A stretch of 64,000 nt of DNA from Balanoglossus misakiensis (GCA_040954595.2 CM082586.2:9765337-9829336); one strand, 5' to 3'. Counted from the first letter of the stretch, positions 28,520-42,265 are shown. Notes: generated by a model not told the origin, from the sequence alone. Program-made: numbers and translations.

Positions 28520-29543
28520 TAGTGCAGGAGCTAAACCCAAATTTTGGCATAATTGTGCACTTTGGATTAAAAGCATGAAACTTGGTACACTTATGCATTG
28601 AGCCATGGCGGCCATTTTCTGATATGGAACCAACATGACAGCGCCCTCTAGTGGCCAGAAACATACATTGATACTTTAAAATTGTGCACTTCCGGTTAAA
28701 AGAATTAAATTTGCTACAATTATTCATTGACCCATGGCGGACATTTTCCAATATGGATCCCAAAAGACAGCGCCCTCTAGTGGCTAGAAACTGACATTTA
28801 CTCTTTTCCCCCATTAATGACACTTTTTGGGCAAGTTTAACACTCAGAGACAGGAATGTGGGTTGTAAAACATGCTTGCTGTCATACATTCCTTTGGATA
28901 TTATCCTAATCCTGATGTACATATATCAAATCAATCTTGTATGTTACTAATTGAACGATTTGCTCTTCGAAATAACAGAACCAGTTGAATACACAAAGTC
29001 ATGCAAAGGGGTAAGACAACACTTCTTCTCCAGAAAGTCAAGGGTTCTCGAGAATACAGGCAGCTCCTAAAGAACATGTGCTATGAGAAACCTAGCAAAG
29101 CTATATCAAATCAACAGAATCCCAGTGGAAATCAAGTTGAACAACTCTTAGTCAAGCCCAAGAAAAGAGTCAACCTCAGGAAATCAGTTGCAAAAAGTCA
29201 TGCACATGTTTCTGTAGGTGCTTTAGGTCTAGTCGTACAGCACTGCTCTTTGTTTCTGTCATCAAGATTGATCTGATACATGTACATCAGGATTAGGATA
29301 ATATACACATCAATGTATGGTAGCAAGCATGTTTTACAACCCACATTCCTGTTTCAAGTGTTACAAATGACCAAAAAGTGCCATTAATGGGGGGAAAAGT
29401 GTGAATGTCAGTTTCTGGCCACAAGAGGGCGCTGTCATTTCGGAACCATATCATATAATGGCCGCCATGGGTCAATGCATAAGTGTACCAAGTTTCATGC
29501 TTTTAACCCAAAGTGCATGATTTTTTGGTTAACTGCCCTACTA
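28520..29543. mobile_element. Non-autonomous TIR element with long diverged arms and TAG...CTA termini (Academ-like)
   Basis: 28520-28930 is inversely similar to 29270-29543. No clear TSD. Confidence 0.5.
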
Positions 29544-29571
29544 CAAATCTAGGCACCTACAATGGCCTTGC

Positions 29572-30090
29572 ATGGAGAGGCCCACACCCTACAGAAGTGC
29601 AGACTCTAGCTTTGTCGGAAGCATCGCAGAAGTGATAAGTTTAGGGTTTAGCTGCGGAACCGATCGCTCTATATGTACACGCTCGGTCGCCGATGATCTC
29701 TCCCGATCACATTTTCTGTCATTAAAAATTAATGACAATGGAACACTTTCTGTGATTGTTGATGGTAAAACAGTTCCGTTGGAACAACATGGATTTCCAC
29801 AGCACATACCTGCTACAACAGAAAGTCTAGAAATCATGAATGTCTTTCTTCAAAGAGTGCATATCTGCACAGGTGTTCCCAAGCGCAGCCATTATCATAT
29901 CATGTTCGCCAAAACCATTACTGTTGAGACTAATCACGGTGAAACTGCGGCTGGTAACTACAAGCAGATCATCAGGGATGTTCGCTGTTCCCTCCTCCTT
30001 CCTGTGACCAGTTATGGCCGTACTTGCCGAAGATGCCAAAAAACGTACGACTACGTCAGCCAAAAAACAACCAACAAAGTGTCCCAACAG
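29572..30090 (+). pseudogene. Cys-rich 5' exon fragment, probably the N-terminal part of the P-type transposase (second copy 32612-32910)
   Basis: ICTG...RCSLLL...CRRC motif, ending at a CAG|GTAATA phase-0 donor. Confidence 0.5.
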
Positions 30091-30299
30091 GTAATACTAA
30101 CATATCATAGAATGCAATGCATCGAACATTATTGATTTGCATGTTACGTATAGTTCTATAGTGGATGTAGAATCCCGGAGAGACTAATATGATCACATGG
30201 TACATTTCATAAACAGAATACTTTAATTTCTTGTAAATATGAAATACAGTGAATAAATAAAATGTATCGGCAGTGCAAAATGTAAACCAACAGTGGAGT

Positions 30300-32007
30300 T
30301 CATTCCCCACACCTCATACATTTAAATGGAAGGTCACTATCATTTGCGTGTCCCATGTACTCAGTGAGGGATAAACCAGAACATTCCTGGTGCAGCCACC
30401 CAAGACAAGCATCACACTGAATCCACGCTTCTCCACTGACGTACGAATCCCCACACATGCAACACTCGCTCTCTGAACTCCCTCTTTTCTTCTTGATGGT
30501 TTTTCCCTTACCCTTTCCTTTGCCCTTCCCTTTCCCAACCCGTCCTGCACATGCCGACTGGGTGGCCGTGACTGACTGTGTTGTAGAGACATTTATCGCT
30601 TTTCTTTTTTGGATTTCCACGCGATGGGCTGACGATTTTGCACGACCAATCTTATCTAGCAGCGATTTCCTATATTGATTATTTGCGATGCGGAAATATC
30701 GCCGAACAATATCATTGAACAATTCAACTATTACTCCAGACTCTATGTCAACAAACAGGCGTTTCCAAGCACTCTGCAAATTTACGTCACCGAGCAACTT
30801 ATTTTCGGCGTGACTAATAACTTTGCCCCCAAAGACATTCAAAGCTTTCCAACTCCACACGTCGTCTTTCTACTTGACAAAAAAAGTCAAAGGCATTGTC
30901 AGAAATATGCTGAAGCGACCGTCTTATGTTTTGTCGCCTGACTGTCTCTTCCAAGCTAGATTTTTCAGACGATATTTCGAGAAGCTCAGACTCTGAAGCT
31001 TCTAACATACTTAACAAACCCAGTGTTGCTCTGCATTTCTCGTACTTAGCACGGTCACTAGACAAATTTCTTCTCAATTCAGCAGTGACTGAATATTTTG
31101 CTTTGGCAACACATCGGCCACCCAGATACCGCAGCTTTCCCAACCCACTTTCTGATGATCGGAATGTCGCTGATCTCGGAATGTCTACTTTCTCTACCTG
31201 ATCCCGTAGAATTTTCTCTTCTACGTGTTTGAACACCCTTGCTCTGAGTGCATCAGCAATGTTCATTACACTGGCATACTCGTCCGTGTTCGGTTGGTGT
31301 CCCAGGAGATCACAGACTGAATTGTTGAACTCATCGGATTTAACAAACCGATCATATGTCTTGAGGAGAGAGGTCAACTCCTTTGTGTCCGGCTCTACCA
31401 GAGATTGTACCTTGCTCAATAAATTTGATGTAATAAAATTACAAAAAAATTGCAATTTGCTTTCGTTTTCTGGTAATAACAACCGGGTCATAATTTCCCT
31501 TTTCTTTTTTCTTCTTTCTGTGTTCGACGTTAATTTGGACTGGAGGTTGAGTACCACATCTCGACCGTTAATTTCGCCTTCTTTATGCTGTAGTGCAGGC
31601 GTTTCAGCCTCGGAATCCTTCCATGATGGCCCAGCATTCGATGTTGTTCCGAGCGAGTCATCGGAACTGCCGCCAACGACCGATTCCTGCTGGCTGCCAA
31701 CTTGAATGTCTCCAGTTTCTGAATTACGAAATTACCATAATGAATTTTATATATGGGTCGAACAATAAAAGAAGCCAGGCACTCTTCTAATTTATGATAT
31801 TACAATACGAAAATACCTAAAATCTGTAACATTTTTATGATCTAAAGATCGCTTTCGATTACCTTGCATCAGGAGGTCAATTTCCTGCAGTTCTTTATCA
31901 TTAAAATCACTGTCATCGTCACTACAGTCTTCTACAATGGGTGTTGCCATAGCGCCTTCATCGCCTGGGTCTTTGTTATCGTCATCTATTTCTTCAGTCT
32001 GATCTTC
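30300..32007 (-). pseudogene. Duplicated 3' part (acidic exon + PHD exon) of the PIF1-PHD gene, frameshifted
   Basis: C-terminal PHD CCMC...WIQCDACLGWLHQEC...FKCMRC. 8-bp deletion near 30838 relative to the second copy. Confidence 0.8.
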
Positions 32008-32350
32008 TGTAAACAAAACATTCAGGATAAGGTAGAATTACGAATACACTGTTAAAGAACATGTATGACACCTTTGGTTTTGGTGTTTAATGTATGATTC
32101 ATTTGCAACATGCTTCATTTCGTAATGACAGATGAAAAAACAAATCGATTATTGACCATCGACTGCAATCCCAACTGAACGGAGGCCATATGTTGGACGA
32201 TGTCACGGTTGTTTCCTTTGATCTTTGCCGAAAATTTCTGTCCACGCCCATCTTGTCTATTTCGCTACGGGGTCTTATTCAAAACCTAATCACGTAGCGA
32301 TAATATTCCGCCAGGTGTTATCTCATTAATATTCATAAGAATGACAAAGG

Positions 32351-32357
32351 TATAAAA
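32351..32357 (+). promoter_or_regulatory. Candidate TATA box upstream of the putative P-transposase start (ATG 32426)
   Basis: TATAAAA ~70 bp upstream of AACATGG. Confidence 0.35.
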
Positions 32358-33119
32358 GAAGAACAGGGCAGAAGACTCTGTGTCATTTCCTCGCACAGTC
32401 AGGGCAGTCTCCACCGGTATAGAACATGGCTTCGAGACAAGACGTAGCTGCTCAGAAAACCACTTCCAACGTAGCTGTAGACGCTGCCTCACGAAGTTCG
32501 GCAGCCCAGCAGCCAACTCGGGGAACGGCCACTGATTCTGATATCGCACAAGCTTTTGTGGACGCCCATCGAATTACACCTTACGCGAGTCAAGGCGTAA
32601 AGAACAACATAGATTTCCACAGCACATACCTGCTACAACAGAAAGTCTAGAAATCATGAATGTCTTTCTTCAAAGAGTGCATATCTGCACAGGTGTTCCC
32701 AAGCGCAGCCATTATCATATCATGTTCGCCAAAACCATTACTGTTGAGACTAATCACGGTGAAACTGCGGCTGGTAACTACAAGCAGATCATCAGGGATG
32801 TTCGCTGTTCCCTCCTCCTTCCTGTGACCAGTTATGGCCGTACTTGCCGAAGATGCCAAAAAACGTACGACTACGTCAGCCAAAAAACAACCAACAAAGT
32901 GTCCCAACAGGTAATACTAACATATCATAGAATGCAATGCATCGAACATTATTGATTTGCATGTTACGTATAGTTCTATAGTGGATGTAGAATCCCGGAG
33001 AGACTAATATGATCACATGGTACATTTCATAAACAGAATACTTTAATTTCTTGAAAATATGAAATACAGTGAATAAATAAAATGTATCGGCAGTGCAAAA
33101 TGTAAACCAACAGTGGAGT

Positions 33120-36100
33120 TCATTCCCCACACCTCATACATTTAAATGGAAGGTCACTATCATTTGCGTGTCCCATGTACTCAGTGAGGGATAAACCAGA
33201 ACATTCCTGGTGCAGCCACCCAAGACAAGCATCACACTGAATCCACGCTTCTCCACTGACGTACGAATCCCCACACATGCAACAGTAGCTCTCTGAACTC
33301 CCTCTCTTCTTCTTGATGGTTTTTCCCTTACCCTTTCCTTTGCCCTTCCCTTTCCCAACCCGTCCTGCACTTGCCGACTGGGTGGCCGTGACTGACTGTG
33401 TTGTAGAGACATTTATCGCTTTTCTTTTTTGGATTTCCACGCGATGGGCTGACGATTTTGCACGACCAATCTTATCTAGCAGCGATTTCCTATATTGATT
33501 ATTTGCGATGCGGAAATATCGCCGAACAATATCATTGAACAATTCGACTATTACTTCAGACTCTATGTCAACAAACAGGCGTTTCCAAGCACTCTGCAAA
33601 TTTACGTCACCGAGCAACTTATTTTCGGCGTGACTAATAACTTTGCCCCCAAAGACATTGAATGCTTCAAAGCTTTCCAACTGCACACGTCGTCTTTCTA
33701 CTTGACAAAAAAAGTCAAAGGAATTGTCAGAAATATGCTGAAGCGACCGTCTTATGTTTTGTCGCCTGACTGTCTCTTCCAAGCTAGATTTTTCAGACGA
33801 TGTTTCGAGAAGCTCAGACTCTGAAGCTTCTAACATACTTAACAAATCCAGTGTTGCTTTGCATTTCTCGTACTTAGCACGGTCACTAGACAAATTTCTT
33901 CTTAATTCAGCAGTGACTGAATATTTTGCTTTGGCAACACATCGGCCACCCAGATACCGCAGCTTTCCCAACCCACTTTCTGATGATCGGAATGTCGCTG
34001 ATCTCGGAATGTCTACTTTCTCTACCTGATCCCGTAGAATTTTCTCTTCTACGTGTTTGAACACCCTTGCTCTGAGTGCATCGGCAATGTTCATTACACT
34101 GCCATACTCGTCCGTGTTCGGTTGGTGTCCCAGGAGATCACAGACTGAATTGTTGAACTCATCGGATTTAACAAACCGATCATATGTCTTGAGGAGAGAG
34201 GTCAACTCCTTTGTGTCCGGCTCCACCAGAGATTGTACCTTGCTCAATAAATTTGAAGTAATAAAATTACAAAAAATTTGCAATTTGCTTTCGTTTTCCC
34301 GTAATAACAACCGGGTCATAATTTCCCTTTTCTTTTTTCTTCTTTCTGTGTTCGACGCTAATTTGGACTGGAGGTTGAGTACCACATCTCGTACTGTACT
34401 GCTGTAGTGCAGGCGTTTCAGCCTCGGAATCCTTCCATGATGGCCCAGCATTCGATGTTGTTCCGAGCGAGTCATCGGAACTGCCGCCAACGACCGATTC
34501 CTGCTGGCTGCCAACTTGAATGTCTCCAGTTTCTGAATTACGAAATTACCATAATGAATTTTATATATGGGTCGAACAATAAAAGAAACCAGGCACTCTT
34601 CTAATTCATGATATTACAATACGAAAATACCTAAAATCTGTAACATTTTTATGATCTAAAAATCGCTTTCGATTACCTTGCATCAGGAGGTCAATTTCCT
34701 GCAGTTCTTTATCATTAAAATCACTGTCATCGTCACTACAGTCTTCTACAATGGGTGTTGCCATAGCGCCTTCATCGCCTGGGTCTTTGTTATCATCATC
34801 TATTTCAGTCTGATCTTCTTTAAACAAAACATTCAGGATAAGGTAGAATTATGAATACACTGTTAAAGAACACCTTTGGTTTTGGTGTTAAATGTATGAT
34901 TGCAACATGCTTCATTTCGTAATGACAGATGAAAAAACAAATCGATTATTGACCATCGAATCCAATCCCAACTGAACGGAGGCCATATGTTGGACGATGT
35001 CACGGTTGTTTCCTTTGATCTTTGCCGAAAATTTCTGTCCACGCCCATCTTGTCTATTTCGCTACGGGGTCTGTTTTGACTGCAAATACATTTTGCAGAT
35101 AACTTTACTATTTAACCACCTACCGAATTTATGACAACAAGAAAGGTCATCCAGTATAAGTAGTTGTTTCCTTACATAAAAATCCAACACGGTCTTTCTG
35201 GGCGGTAAACATCTCGATTTATGGTAGTTGACTACACGGAGGTCGTCCGACGACTTCACTCTTCCAAGCCCAACGCTTAATTGTCCTGGCTGGAACACTC
35301 TCTTTGCATCAACCTGTACTCGCTGAAGCATCTGACCTAAACCACCTACATAAATGCACAGGGAAATATCTTTAAGAAATTCAATTTGTCCTTTGAAAAT
35401 ATCGTTACGGTACTATTTGTCCAGATCACTGGATAAAATTTCAAGTTTCCGTTTTGCTGAGAAAGCTACAACTGTATCGGTGAAACGAAGGCTTACTGTT
35501 TCATAGTAAAAGTATATGAAACACGCATACCGTACAGATCCTCTCGCTCCAGGGTCTCTGTAAGACACACACACACACCCACACACGTACGTCACATATA
35601 AGAAACCTGTTTACATTGCGCTTTGTGGTAAGTAAGAGCGAATGCCAGTTTGAGGGGTATCTGTGTCCTACTTGCCACAGTGGATTTTGGGCCAGGTAAT
35701 TACACACCGAAATTGTCGGCCTCCACCTTTTGTACGATTCCATTTTCAAAGAACACGGTTACGTTATCATCTCCCATTTCACGAACTATACACCTTGTAA
35801 TCCGTTTACCATCGTCGGGCTCAGATTTCGTATTAACATTACAGGCGCACCAACTTTCAAGCAGAGCAGCCTTGATATCTGAATACACTTGAGATATCGT
35901 TTATCACCTGGAAATGAAAACAGTTACATGTTTAAATTTTATCTTCGATATTTCATTCATATAGTACACCAAAACGAAAACACGGGCGACAAGTCAGATT
36001 AGTTGCAAAATCTACCCACCGAACGTAAACTCAAGTAAACAATTTGGTTTTATCAATCTCACGTGGATCTTCAAGTCAAATATTAGGCTTACTTTGCAAA

Positions 36101-38222
36101 GTTTTTTTGCTAAATATTTATTTCAACCATCCAATGCTCCTAAATAATGTCGGTCATTTTACTCCCCATTCTTCGTACTGTGTTACTAATTTTCTGGGGT
36201 TTATCTGGAATGCACTTTTGCGTGTTTTTTAAGTTACGGGAGGGGTGATATGAACTACGGTCGTATGTTCACTTGCCTTCATCTTTAGACTCGTACGTCT
36301 TCATATCTCCCGGCATTTCAAAAAGTCTTTCTGCGTTGAACATTTCAACTTCCAAATTGGTTGAGAATACATGGGTTGCTCTCGCACAATCTTGAAATGG
36401 CCGGGAGAGACTCTTGAGCAATTATCTGTGTCTTCGCTAACACTTCCTATGGCGGTTTCTCGTACGGCTTTTACCATAAGGGGATCTGTTTGTCGATGTA
36501 CTTGCTGCAGGTTTATATGATGCAGGTGACGGAACAGGTGCGACATGAAACAGAATTCACCGCTGTCTTCATATCGTGGGTTAGCTACTGGCGGCAATTG
36601 ATAGAAGTCACCACATGCAACAATTTGTATGCCACCGTAGTAATCTCTGGACCCTCTGATTTTTCTGCAGATTTCATCAACTTGCTCGTGTATTTTCTTG
36701 CTTATCTGCGGAATTATGTACAGCATATTATTTATAATGCATAAATGATCATAAAACCGACACATGTGCAGGTGTATAAAAAATCTAAAATTTGCAGCTT
36801 GTGACTCTTTATAATAAAAACGTAATACAACTAGTGCAAGCTTCAATATTCATATTTACCATCGATATCTCATCAATTATGAGTATATCCGTGGGCAAAA
36901 TCATATTCTTCGCAGCATAAAAAGCGGGATCCGTGTTTAGCAAGTCGCATAATTCTTGCGTAAGATATATTCCATCCTTCATTTAAATAATTATGAAAAA
37001 GGATAAAGTTAACCACAAGATGTCGACATCACATCGAACATAACTTAAAACGAAGGAAAGCAGGGGACGGCATTATCTCAGTAATAAAGGCCGAAGGATA
37101 ACATTATCTCTATACTAAATGGCGAAGGACAGTAATATTTCTATATTTTAGGCCGAAGGACATCATTGTCTCATTCCCACGGAGGAAAATAGTTTTGTAG
37201 TACATTATTACCCCACTTGAACATCGGAATAGAATTGACGAATAAAATAAAAAACTGTGCATGGGGGAATTGTCTGTGTGGTCTGCGGATTTGTATACAG
37301 AGTCTATGGCGGAGACGAAGACTTCGAATCAATTCAAACTACTTTATTACTACTTCATTACTATAGCTACGTAAGCTGGTATGCTACAGAAAAGTGTGTC
37401 AACTCAAATGAGAGAAGTGGAAAGACCGGATGCATTCAGAGTCAATCCCCAGAAAGTGCTTCAAAGTGGTCTCAAAACAAGTACTAATGAAAAGGAATTA
37501 GCGACATGTTATATAGCTCATCTTGGCGGGAAAGTTTATAAAAGCTAGATTGTTATTGGCTAATAAATGAGTCATCCGGAGACTTTGTTTTAGTACACAT
37601 CCAGGTTATTTATGTGATCAGAGTTTATGATATCACTGTCAAGATCTTAACTAGAGTGTCATGTTTACACGAATCGAAACAGCTGTTCTAAACAAACACT
37701 GCCTTAGAGGAAATACACGTGAATTTGTTCGTCCAAAATTCGCCCTTCAGTAAAAAGATGCCGTTCTTCTCCATTTCGTATAGAGATAATGATGTCCTTC
37801 GCCCTAAAATATGGAGATATTACTGTCATTCGCCCTTAAGCATACAGATAATCGTGTCCTTCGCTTTCCTTTGTTTTAGTCTCACACTTACATCGGTTTT
37901 ATTGTCCAAAGAGGCCCCCGCATCCGTGGACATCATTGGCGATCATTGGGACTTTGTCATGTTCAGTTTTGATGAAATCTTTCGAGAGTACGCTTTGGTG
38001 AAACCAATCATGAAAACTTACCCGCAAGCCTGCCCAAGCATGTACAGTCATTGCCCGAGGGTACTGCAAAGTTGCTATCCCAGTGGAGGCTGTCACGTAG
38101 ATGCTTTTTTTTTTTCCAGAATAACGGTTGTGAATATTCTTGACGAGAGTAGTTTTTCCTGTACCGGCTTGGCCTGTTATCAGGATATTGTGTCCGAAAT
38201 TCAAGAGGTTTATAGCATCCAT
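33120..38222 (-). pseudogene. PIF1-family SF1B helicase fused to an acidic linker and C-terminal PHD finger, multi-exon, frameshifted
   Basis: ITGQAGTGKT, TASTGIA, TVHAWAG, LIIDEISM, GGIQIVACGDFYQLPPV, VHRQ, QIPLKLAFALTYHKAQ, FQPGQLSVGLGRV. Splice phases link it to the acidic exon and the PHD exon. Frameshifts near 36420, 35790 and 34395. Confidence 0.82.
37043..37880. mobile_element. Possible MITE with subrepeated inverted arms in PIF1 intron 1
   Basis: GAAGGAC/ATTATCTC subrepeats at 37050-37170 are inverted at ~37760-37880. Confidence 0.45.
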
Positions 38223-38911
38223 TGTGTACTTGAGTCCAGTGAATTTGTCAAAAATCTTTAAAAATACTATAGATGCTCAAAACTCGGAATCGGACACGGA
38301 GATCGGAAACGGATCAACTGCGTAATCAACGGATCATGTGATGATGTGATCGCGGCCAATCGGTAAAGGCTGCCGCACACGAGAGAAATAAGCTGAGCAA
38401 AAAGTCATTCGAGGAATTTTGCTCAGCAAGTTTCTCTCGTGTGCGGTGGACTTGAGTAATTTTCCTCGCGAGGAAAAAAAATATCAAACATGTTGAATAT
38501 CGTGATCCGCGGCGCAAAAGATCAGGAAAAATCGCCCGCACACGGAAGGAAAATTTATATTCTCACCCAAATTGAAAGTTATGTTTGTGAGCGAAAAAAC
38601 TTGAAGTGCATTTTCTGCAAAGTTCAAGTTCATGGGTCTACACCATAAATTACGGCCGTACAAACCCGTGAGATAATACTAGTAAAAGTTGTATGTTCGT
38701 ATTTTTTTTTTTTATTGCATTGGGAGGGGGGGGGGGGGCAACGCTACAACCATAATGATATTTGTAAATTTACAAAAGACAAATGGCGATGGAACATAAT
38801 ATGTAAACGCCGAGAAAAATCACTACCATAGAGAAATCACGATGTTTTATATGTGCTAATATAGTATGTACATCAACATAATTTAACACCTAATCTTTCT
38901 ACATATTGCAG

Positions 38912-40534
38912 GATACTGGCAAGATGACTAGCACTGAAACGAAAAGTGATAGTTTGTGTGAAGTGCTGCAAACCCTGCCAGAAAATGCAGTCAGCCTGAT
39001 TTCGTCGATGGTTAAAAATAGCACAGTGAAACCAACCAGCAGAAGATGGGATAGAGATGTAATAAAATTCGGCCTACACTTGTGGCTTAGAACGCCACAG
39101 GGCTATGAAGACATAAGGAAAAGCGGCCATCTTCTACTCCCCTCCCCTAGACGTCTGCAGATGTACAAGAACATAATCGATAAAAAATCTGGGTTTCATG
39201 ACGACATATTTCAGTGGATGAAAGACACGGCTGCAGAGAAAAACATCCTCCCATCTGGAGGCTCGGTTGGTATCATACTAGATGAGATGGCCATCCAGGA
39301 GGATCTACAGATTGACACCAGAGGTGGCATTAGTAAACTAGTTGGTGATGTAGACCTCGGAGACGAATGTACCAGTATGGATGTGATGAAGGCTGGATAC
39401 AAGAAAGGAGTACTTGCGAATCATACTCTACAATTTCAATTTCTGGGCTTTACCGGTTTCACCTTCCCATTTGCGCACTTTCCAACTCGCCAAGTTCAGG
39501 CCTATCATCTTTACGTTCTATTTTGGGAAGCTGTTGATAAATTAACAGACTGGGGCTTTACTGTTGATTTAGCAATGTTCGATGGTGCCGCAGCAAATCG
39601 TTCTTTCCTGAAAATGAATTTCAACGGCAACCCACTTGATGAAAAGATGCACGCCCCGAACCGCCTCTGCAGTCCTTCTGACACCGTTATAATGTGTATG
39701 GATCCAAACATGTAATTAAGAGACTAAGGAACAGTGTACTGAAGAGTGGTGAAGGCGATACCTATCCCAGGCATTTGCGATGGAATGGTGTTTATATTGA
39801 ATGGCAACACTGGCGCGATTCCTACAAGTGGGACACAGAAGTTAACCCGGAAATGTGTAGAATCAACCACAGGTTAACAACCGAACACATTTTCCCGGGA
39901 ATGTCCGCAAAAATGCGAAACCATCTCGCTGAGCAGGTCCTCGACAGTGAAATGCTCCACCTAATGGTTTGCTTCCAGCAAAGTCTTCCCGATCCAGATA
40001 TAGCCAGGCACGACTGAATGGCACAATCGAATTCTTACGCCACACCAGTCAAATCGCGTCATTTTTCACTGACGACAGGGAAGTAAAAGGGTGTGATGAT
40101 GGGAGGCTGTTGCAGTTACTCGTGGCAAGAGATTGGTTCCAATCGTGGGAGAAAGACGAGTTGGCAGACGAGACAACAACCAAAAGCAAGAGGGCCAGAA
40201 GACTGATGTCACATGAGACACGTGAAGACATTGTGTTTTGCCTGACCGCAGTCGTCGAGATTTGTGAGAAGAGGGCGGCTAAGTCGCTGACTACACTCCC
40301 GAGTCGACTCAACAGTGACGTCGTTGAGAACTTTTTATGCCAGCAGAGGACGAATCATAACGGCTCGAACACCAACCCTACGTACCTCCAATATACAAAG
40401 GGGTGAACAGTGTTTTGCTCAGTCAAACGAGCCGTACGTCGGCTAAGAAAGCCAATGCTGGTATAAGGGCGGCACAGCCTTTTAATTTCACTACACCCAA
40501 ACCTTTAAAGGTTCAGAAAATAAGTCAAAATTGA
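38912..40534 (+). pseudogene. P-element superfamily (THAP9-like core) transposase with three frameshifts
   Basis: LPSPRRLQ, IILDEMAIQEDL, FDGAAANR, DP/KHVIKRLRN, KMRNHLA, RLNSDVVENFLCQQR, NPTYLQY. Frame changes at ~39710, ~40010 and ~40400. Splice acceptor at 38911. Confidence 0.88.
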
Positions 40535-41019
40535 GCGGTGCACCCCCTGTTGTTGTTCATTTATTCCTTCTCGAAATGAGAAGAGTTACATCAACACATT
40601 AAATTACAGTCGGATTGTTTTTTGACCATTAACTTGTATCTACGGATGACAACGTAACTCAGACGATTAATGGACTCTACATACATACTATAGAATTGTA
40701 TTAAATGTTGCGACTTAGAAATGTGATGGTAGTTTATGTCTTCATGACTAATAGATAATATATAATAATTACTGAAATGTGGTGTACATGCACATTTATT
40801 GGTGCAATGACATCACTGGTCATAATGTGTTTTCGAATATGTTAATTACGATCAATAAATATATGAAAGCAGCTGCAGATTTCTCTCTGTGTTTGTGTTG
40901 CATGTTTTCAATGATGTATTATTTGAGCAATAGACTGTAACGGATTTATTAGAAACTTAAACCCACCCACAGTTGTATGTACAACCAGCAAAAGTTACAG
41001 CTAATGGAGGTTTAAAGAT

Positions 41020-41044
41020 CATAGACCCTAGAGAAAGGTCTATG
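41020..41044. mobile_element. 25-bp P-like TIR remnant with a 7-bp TSD
   Basis: TAAAGAT | CATAGACC ctagagaaa GGTCTATG | TAAAGAT. Confidence 0.6.
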
Positions 41045-42265
41045 TAAAGATTTAAGGCAGTACGTGCTTCAGGGACATCATTTCAGAAAAATAATAGTCC
41101 TTAAGAACTTTTAAAGGTGTCCGTGAAAGTACCCAGTGTGCATGTCCCGTGTTTTTTATTGTCAGAAAAAACTACTGGTTTTCCCGGCATGCTGTTGACC
41201 TGTGTCCGAAGGGCAAGTCGAAAAAATAAGAAAATGATGTAACCCAACACTTCAAAATTGACAATGGTTCCACCGCCAGGCCCCCCAAAATGACATGAAA
41301 CCGCTTCTTACTTATTCAATTCACGTAGCAAATCACTACTTAATTTTTCATACTCGTCCTGGCGGATGGCGAGGAGCGAATGGCTTTTCAATGGATGACT
41401 TCTCAGTCAAATATGAGGGCTGCACCCCCTGTAACATATGACGTATTCAAAATTTACGTCACTAAGGCTCTCGACCAATCAGAAGCCAGGGCACGATTAG
41501 TTGACCTCTAACCTCAGTGACCGCGGCCATACTGACATCGACAATGTCCACTGTTGAAAGTGTCGCTCAAACCGCGCTCGAAACCTCCACATTTCGAGCA
41601 GTTTGCCTTTAAATTGAGCTTTTTTTTGCTACGGATCACAAAACATATACTTGTTAGCTTCTACCCGCCGCATTTCGGTAAGTTTTAATGAAATATTCTC
41701 AGCGAAATCGCCGCTTGAACATTGTGCTCTCGTCAGTATCCTGGCCTGTCCTGGCCTGGCGTTTCGTACCTTCTTTTATATTTAGGGGTACTGAAGTCCC
41801 CCCCCCCACCCCCACCTCATTGCAAAATGCAGCCCCCCCCCCCCACCCCCATCGCGAAGCGATCGTCTTGAGTGCCTGTGTACAGTACATCGTAACACAC
41901 TTCCCTGTAGCTAGTATATAGGGCGGCTAGCGCAGCAGCGTACAGCGCGACAGCAGGCAAAGGCCTAATTCAATCACGAATAATACATCTGGTTAGTTTA
42001 TAAACCAATCTTGAACACACTCGGCAAATGTCTGAGGTCAGACGGAACCACACTCTCTACTTTAGAAGGAAATACGTGGAAAAAACTCCGAAAAAACAGC
42101 CAAAATTAGTTCGCTCGAGCAAATCGGGCATGTACGCTGTCGCGCGACAGATTGTCTCGACATTGTCTACGCATGCTCAGGCAATGACATCCGGGAACGC
42201 TGGGTAGGAGGGCTCGTTCAATGCGGAAGTTTCGATCGCTTCGCGCGCCAATGCTATATTCACAC

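Larger units (their letters stand above)
29792..35071. repeat. Near-tandem ~2.5-kb duplication (29792-32272 and 32612-35071) separated by a ~340-bp unique spacer
   Basis: Near-identical ORFs at a 2820-bp offset (e.g. 29827/32647, 30300/33120). Confidence 0.93.

Noticed and set aside
33120-38222. Helitron RepHel
   Set aside because: No HUH/Y2 Rep motifs or Helitron termini seen; the helicase starts near its own ATG and is followed by a PHD finger.
41052-41700. Possible second Kolobok left end (TTAA|GGCAGTACGTGC)
   Set aside because: No matching right TIR found in the window.
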